From contig CM035356.1 of the NCBI GenBank assembly GCA_020137815.1, forward strand, positions 3,782,001-3,846,000: DNA of 64,000 bases, written 5' to 3'. Below are positions 24,345-64,000 of this stretch, in pieces. Positions within the stretch are counted from its first letter, which is position 1. Every line of letters begins with the position of its first letter. The DNA is from Hormiphora californensis. Its lineage: Eukaryota; Animalia; Ctenophora. A program made the translations under genes and the position numbers. The notes beneath the pieces were generated by a model that worked only from the letters and a program-made list of their open reading frames with translations, ran no database searches and was not told the DNA's origin.

Positions 24345-26616
24345 ATGATGGCTGGAGGATTAGCTAACCCGCAGATCATCGCTCATCTTGAGAAGAGTCT
24401 TGATTACACCATATTCGACGTTAAATGGATACCATGTAGTGCAAGGTACTAAACTGCTTTTTGTTCATTTATACTCTTTCACATCTTTGTTTGGTTGTTT
24501 CAGAAATCAGAATTCCACTCTGACATCCTGTATTCCAGGTTTGTAGTTGTTGGAAGTCATGCCCGAGGAACGGGCGCCCTCCAGATATTTGAGATGGGCC
24601 AGAAGGAACTGGTGCTATCGAAAAAGTATGAAAAGAAGGATTCGTTCAAGTGCTGTACGTTCGGTGCTACTTCCTTACAAGACAGGCATCTAGCGACTGG
24701 GGCCTTCAAGGGCCGAATGGAAACATGGGACTTAGAAAGAGCAGATGTAAGTGTTGAGTCCAGGCAAATTATATGAGCGAATGGAATTTATGATCGATTG
24801 AATAATAAATATGTGCAGTGTATGGTATATGTCAAAAAATTGTATGTTTACTTATTATTCATTTCAGTCGTATCCCTTAATTATGACATCCCTTAATTAT
24901 GACATCATTCCATGTTTTCAGGCGCCAGTTTACTCTGTGAAGGCCCATAACGAGATAATCAACTGTATTGACGGAGTTGGTGGCTTAGGAATCGGAGTTG
25001 GTGCCCCGGAAATCGTCACAGGATCGAGAGATGGTAGGCAACAGAGACATGATATATTTAGAGAAAAAAGTCTGTGAAGGAGACACCCCGAAATTAAATG
25101 CTCTCTCTCATTACATTCCAGTCGTATCATACTGTATTTTATGTACAATGTGTTTTCTATGCTATTTGCCTTGTTCGACCCTTCCTTTACAACAATTCTC
25201 TATAACTCACACTTCAGGTACTGTGAAGGTATGGGATGTGCGGCAAGAGAAGGATCCAGTTGCATTAATGCAGCCGAAGGAAGGAGAAACTAAGCGCGAC
25301 TGTTGGGCTGTAGCATTCGGTGAGATAATTCGTGTTTTAATATCTCTTTTTTAATACAGTTGATCGAATCATGTTTCTTTTCATCCTTGTATCCCAATTA
25401 TGATTTTCCAACCTTTATTATTTCTAGGTAATGCGTACTCGGAATCAGAGCGAGTCGTTGCTGCTGGTTATGACAATGGAGACATTAAAATGTTTGACTT
25501 GAGGACAATGTCGGTGCGATGGGAAACTAACGTTAATAACGGGGTAAGTCCTATTCTAGAACTGAAAAAGACTGCAAACTCACATGAGAGCACCCACCAA
25601 TGTAATAACAATGTTTCTTTCTATTCAGATTTGCGGGTTGCAATTCGATAGACGGGACATCCTGATGAATAAGTTGGTTGCGACCACACTGGAAAGTAAA
25701 TTCCACACTTTTGACGTTCGAACCCACCACCCTACCCAGGGATACCCCTCTGTAGTTGAAAAGGTACGTTTTTACAAACACACACAAGCTGCCTTGCCAA
25801 AATGGTCGGTGGTGTCCTATGTTACTATGGGAACAGTCTATCGCGGAGGGCGCGACGACATACAAGATCGGGTTGGTGCGCGAGATGCGCGCTAAACTGC
25901 CGCGCGTTCTATATTTCCAGAATAAGTCGCGGGGATCATCAGCGGTTGACAAGCATCATGATATAGCCAACTGACAACCTATTCAGGCCCACAAATCGAC
26001 TATTTGGGGAGTTCGGCATCTTCCCCAGAACAGAGATGTGTACATGACACTTGGAGGAAATGGATCAATTTGTCTGTGGAAATAGTAAGTCCCTGAATCA
26101 CATTTGCAATTTATAAAGTGTTTGAAAGTTCTCAAGTTTACTTACACTCCTATCCTTTTTTGTCTTCTCCGTGCTAACATAAAACTCCTTTCCTTAGTAA
26201 CTATCCTAAAGAGAGAACGAAGGCTGACTCGAACGGAGATGACATGGGTCTTGCGGGAACTGTCGAGCAGGTCCAGAATGTCGTTCTTGGCACACAGCCC
26301 ATCTCAGGGTTCGACTGGAGTCCTGATAAGGTAGATAGTTTTTTGTTAATGTTTATTTCTAACATTTTTATTTGAGCTCAATTGAGTCTCAACGCTCAGT
26401 AAAAAGTAAATGTGAATGTTTTATGTAGCTGCTCTTTATCTGAATGTGTTCTCGAAAGCTTCTGTCAATTTATTGATTTAGTACCATCATAATATGGTTG
26501 TTCAGTTTATATGTTCCGCTAACTCAAGTACTTTGTTTCAGGAGGGATTGTGCGTGTGTTCAGGATTCGATCAGACGGTACGAGTGTGTATTGTAACACG
26601 GCTGAAATCACTCTGA
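24345..26616 (+). CDS. WDR92: WD-repeat protein 92 / dynein axonemal assembly factor 10; 9 exons, about 359 aa
   Basis: Exons 24345-24445, 24539-24746, 24922-25033, 25218-25319, 25428-25543, 25629-25763, 25987-26084, 26198-26330, 26542-26616 (1080 nt). Diagnostic segments: [90 protein letters not shown]. Confidence 0.95.
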
Positions 26617-27144
26617 GAAAGGGAGGAGAAGAGACTGTTTATATTAAAAACTGACTGACCCTGTTGGACATGTGTGCGAAATTGTGAAACTATATATTCA
26701 TGATAAAATCAGTTTCAAGGAATCCCAAAATTCGATGTTTTTTGTTAGAGTTTTTGTTATCGGAAAAAGTAACAGCAAATAATTAATAGTACACACAATA
26801 TCAGCAGAATAATTTAACTCGGAACACCTAACAATGTGCACCAGATACCACTCATAACTTGTATGCAGGAACCATCTCGTGTCCAAACTAGACAGCACGA
26901 AATAAGGCAAGTCGGGTAAAAATACGACTTCAAATTGTTCGCCCTTTGGTCTTGTCACAGTGTTCGATTTCGATAGTCATCGATCACTCACTCACGATTA
27001 TACCTAGAATAATATCTCAACCGCAACTAAAAAGCATCTTGATCCTAATTGTCACGAAGTATGAACTATGTAAACTATGTAAAATCTAAATGAAGATCTC
27101 TCTCCATCACGCATCTAATCTAAATGACTAAATGAGCATCTCTA

Positions 27145-28357
27145 TCACGCATTGGAGTCATTGGAGCACATGTCCCTTGTAACCAGTGCCTGCCACTCCA
27201 CGAAATCATTCTTCACCTCCTTCATTCGCACGAGATATAGGACGGGGTTTATGGCAGCATTCATAACCACGCTCAGCCGTGAGAGGAATATGTTAACATA
27301 GAGGTTGGCAGTTAGAAACCTCACCGAGTCACTCACCGAGAAGAATACGAGAAACAGGAACAGCCAGATGGGAATATTAAATATCGAGTAGATGAGAGTA
27401 AATAGGACTATTGTCACGGATGCCTTGTACATAATGTCATTCTCAGAGCCCACACCCCCTAGTTTCCTACTCCGTCCCGATGGTAGGGTAGACTCCTCCC
27501 CCTGTTGTAGGCTCAGGAGCACCTTAACGGCCTGTTTCTTGTTCCCAACAATGCGTTTACTGTTGCCATAGTAACGGGGCATGCGGCGTCGGTGGGCCAT
27601 TAGGAACCGTAAAATGGAGCAGGTGCACAAGACTATTGGGACGGCCGGGAGCACCCAGGTGAATATGATTAGAAAGTAGGAGAGGAAATCATACTCGAAT
27701 GAAGGGTAACGGATGAAGCTAAGATCAGATAGACCCCAGGCACACGCCCCCAGTTGGCTGGCGAAATAGTAGGATGTAGAACTGAAAAGGAGGGGCAGAG
27801 AAGCCTGAGCTATTTGGAGAACGGTGTAGACGATAATGGAAGTCAGCACCCATTTTGTTCTCGGTCCTCTTGATCCCTTTTGGTTTATCTTGGTCCATCT
27901 CACCACACTCATCACACTGGCAAGGTAGACGGACAGTCGGCTGGTGACATTGAATATAAACCCGGTCAGGGCACACACCCCTGTATTTCCTAGCGCCATG
28001 GGGGCTCGACCATTCAACATGCTAACACCAGATGTTATGGATGAGAGGCATGTCAGGAGGTCGGTTAGACAAGCACAGAAGTATACGAGGAACACAGGGT
28101 TGCGGATCCGTTTGTAGAATGATGGCAGACACACAGCATTTAATATCACACCTGAGAGGGATCAGAGATTCACAATTTAATAATTTTACATCATGAGATT
28201 AATAGCTGTACGATTATACTGGCTGTAAGGTGTTTTTGTGTCAAAGTGAGTCTGTTGCTATGGTAACAACTATAATACCTGCTACACAGAAGATGGTCTC
28301 TAAAACTCCGTATATTATATCCGTTACTGAGGCTGAGGGTTCGTCTGCCGGCTCCAT
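27145..28357 (-). CDS. Orphan rhodopsin-like (class A) GPCR; 2 exons, about 361 aa
   Basis: Exon 1 at 28279-28357 (MEPADEPSASVTDIIYGVLETIFCVA) joins exon 2 at 27145-28151. Seven hydrophobic segments; TM1 GxxxN, TM2 LTDLL, TM3 Cys and SVVRW, ECL2 Cys, TM7 NAAINPVLY. Confidence 0.9.
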
Positions 28358-29895
28358 ATTGCTACACTGGGAAACGGTGGGTTTGTTAGTTCATGTGTGA
28401 ATCGATCAACCGAAGGAAGAATGAATGACCTAATTACAATATAATTGGTTAGAATACAATTAGGTCACTCTCAAAACCAGTTTCGGTAAATTCTTTTCTA
28501 TAAGCCAATTGAGCGCTCCTCCTAGACAACAGATTGATCAGATGCCACGTACAATCGGCATGTTAAAATTATTGCATGCAAACGTATACATGCAGTACCG
28601 AAACTCAACCGCTTTTGTACTCTTCTTGACTGTTTAGCGAACTCGTTTTCAGAGAAAAGTATTGAATTTTCAGCGAAAATGTTCGAATTTTCCCAAAATT
28701 ACGTATCTTTTCCCAAAACTACGTTTCCTTTCGGTGGTGCATATTAGTTACCAAGGCTACCATGAATTTGTGAACTATATTTACGAAGCAAATCAGAACC
28801 AGTTGCAGTTTAATTTCCCCATCGGCATATAAAAAGGGTTTTTGCACCAGCCATCATTTGGATGTGACTGTAGTAGCTGCTAATCGTTATTTAATCAGAA
28901 CATTCACTGAAATCAGGCAAATGCTACAGCATGGTCTTCAAAGAAAAAGCTTTTAGCTTAGTTGACTTTGTACACGCTATAAAGAATGATTTTAATCGCT
29001 GATCAGATATATTTTCATCGCTGTATTTTAGCCATATCATCTCGTCTAGCTATGTTGTCTCTTTCTCTCTCTGTACCTCTCTCTCTATCTCTCTCTCTAT
29101 CTAGCTCTCTCCATTACCATAGTCCCTTTTAAGTTTATGGGTCATGCAATGTACAATTTGTAATTGGCAAGCAGTTCGTTTTACAGGCAATAAAGATAAA
29201 GTCCCATCTCGCAAGATGGGATAGAGGTGGAGAGAGAGAGAGTCAGAGAGGGGAGAGAGAGGGGAGAGAGAGAGAGAGAGAGAGAGGGGGAGAGAGGGGA
29301 GAGAGAGGGGAGAGAGAGGGGAGAGAGACTTGCCTATTAGGTAAATCGGTGCATTACAACTTTTAGTCTAGCATGAAAGTTTGCTGGGGCAAGAACCGTA
29401 GAGTTAGACCTTAGTATATTTTGGCTACAGAAACTCGACTACTATTAGTACTAGTCTGCTACCTCATCTACTCAGGCGTGTTCAGCGTCCGATCCTGGTA
29501 GCTAGTGTTAGTGTTAGTGTTTGTTAGCATATAATTACACGGTTATCGGTGCTAAAACTCTTAAACTTGAAGTTGAAATTAGAGTTAGAAACATTGAACT
29601 TTATCTAACAGATATTTTATTTTGTATGATTTTGCTTGGAAATAAATTATAGCTAAAATTAAACCTTAATTTTTGAAGGCCACACAAGTGTTATAAATAG
29701 CCACATGATAAACATAATTTGAAATTTAAAGCGATTGTGTTAAGTTAAATTAAATTCGACCGCTTATAGCATCACTGCATAATGCATATACCGGATACCT
29801 GACTACTACTGACATATTCACCACTCTATAGCTCTGTGACAGGTCCCCCAAATCCTTGAGTTATTATTGGTGGATGGGCGAGAGTCAAGTGGCAA

Positions 29896-62996
<33,101 letters not shown>

Positions 62997-63436
62997 GTAC
63001 GTTACGATAGATGCCGGGAAAGGGAGCTCTTGAAAGGGGCAGGTGGTGGTGTTTTCTGAAGCTGTTTTTGTTTGTGTCTCACACCCGACCAGTTTGTCAG
63101 TTTGTCGTGGTGTTTGTCGTTCATTCTCCATCGTGAAGCATTCATTGTATTAATCATACCCAACCATGGTCTCCCGAAACCTCCCAGAGCGTGCTCGCTC
63201 TGTGATGTCATGAAATAAAATGCAGTTTGAGCCACACAAACCAACCCATGCAGCTGTATGACACCAGTACTGTATGTTTAAAATCATCATCATCATCATC
63301 ATAGCGTGTCATAGAAGGAGCCGATATATATTTCCCTGCCCATCCCTTCTCTGCTTATCAACAAAGCATCTCTCTCTATCGATCTTAACTTTTTCACGTG
63401 GTCGACTGTCACGTGTTTCTTCACTGCCATACACTA

Positions 63437-63593
<157 letters not shown>

Positions 63594-63780
63594 AGTGCAC
63601 GCGACAGTGGCAATTGTTTTTCATTACCTCGCATGCACAGCTATCAAAAGATGTGTCCCACTAAAGTGGCCTCGTCAAAAGAAGCACTTTCTCACTTGAC
63701 CCCGGCACCATTAGTAGAACATTGTGTGGTGCATCTGATGTAGTTGTCTCCACACCAGACGTGTCTCTCAGCCACCATGA

Positions 63781-63833
<53 letters not shown>

Positions 63834-64000
63834 ATCTCTATCTCTCCCTCTCTTTGCATATAGAAATTGGTCTGATCATTTGAGATTTTCTTAGTGCAGC
63901 ACACTATATTTTTCAGGCTTTCCAATGATCATCAAGCAATTTTTCATCTCAGCTCTTAGAATTATATCTTTGAATAAATTTGTCTCCATTTCTTTTTATC

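Noticed and set aside
27145-28357. GPCR as an opsin
   Set aside because: The residue six before the N of NPxxY is Val, not the retinal-binding Lys.

Overview
Eukaryotic (animal) genomic DNA with short GT-AG introns, many microsatellites and many non-autonomous transposons. The MITE families resemble repeats I recall from Pleurobrachia-type ctenophores; this is inference from memory, not a search result. I rebuilt the genes by hand from splice sites and exon phases. They are: the first coding exon of a type II membrane protein (-); a 12-exon papain-family protease fused to an F-type-lectin-like domain and a 4-Cys tail (+); four unrecognised multi-exon genes (12.4-21.9 kb); WDR92/DNAAF10 (+); an orphan class A GPCR (-); and a very large secreted or cell-surface protein with at least 23 tandem Ig domains (+, from 29.9 kb past the window end). 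About 44.5-52.2 kb is a second, partly garbled copy of the exons for Ig domains 12-18. It is probably an uncollapsed haplotype, but it could be a real cassette duplication. Mobile DNA includes a 4.3-kb almost fully palindromic foldback element built on a 32-bp minisatellite, Mutator-, hAT-, Tc1/mariner- and piggyBac-like MITEs, and an internally deleted LTR element. I saw no transposase, rRNA, tRNA or CRISPR. The most interesting leads are the protease-lectin fusion, the giant Ig protein, an intronic 33-bp minisatellite made of in-frame branchpoint+acceptor modules, and the foldback element.
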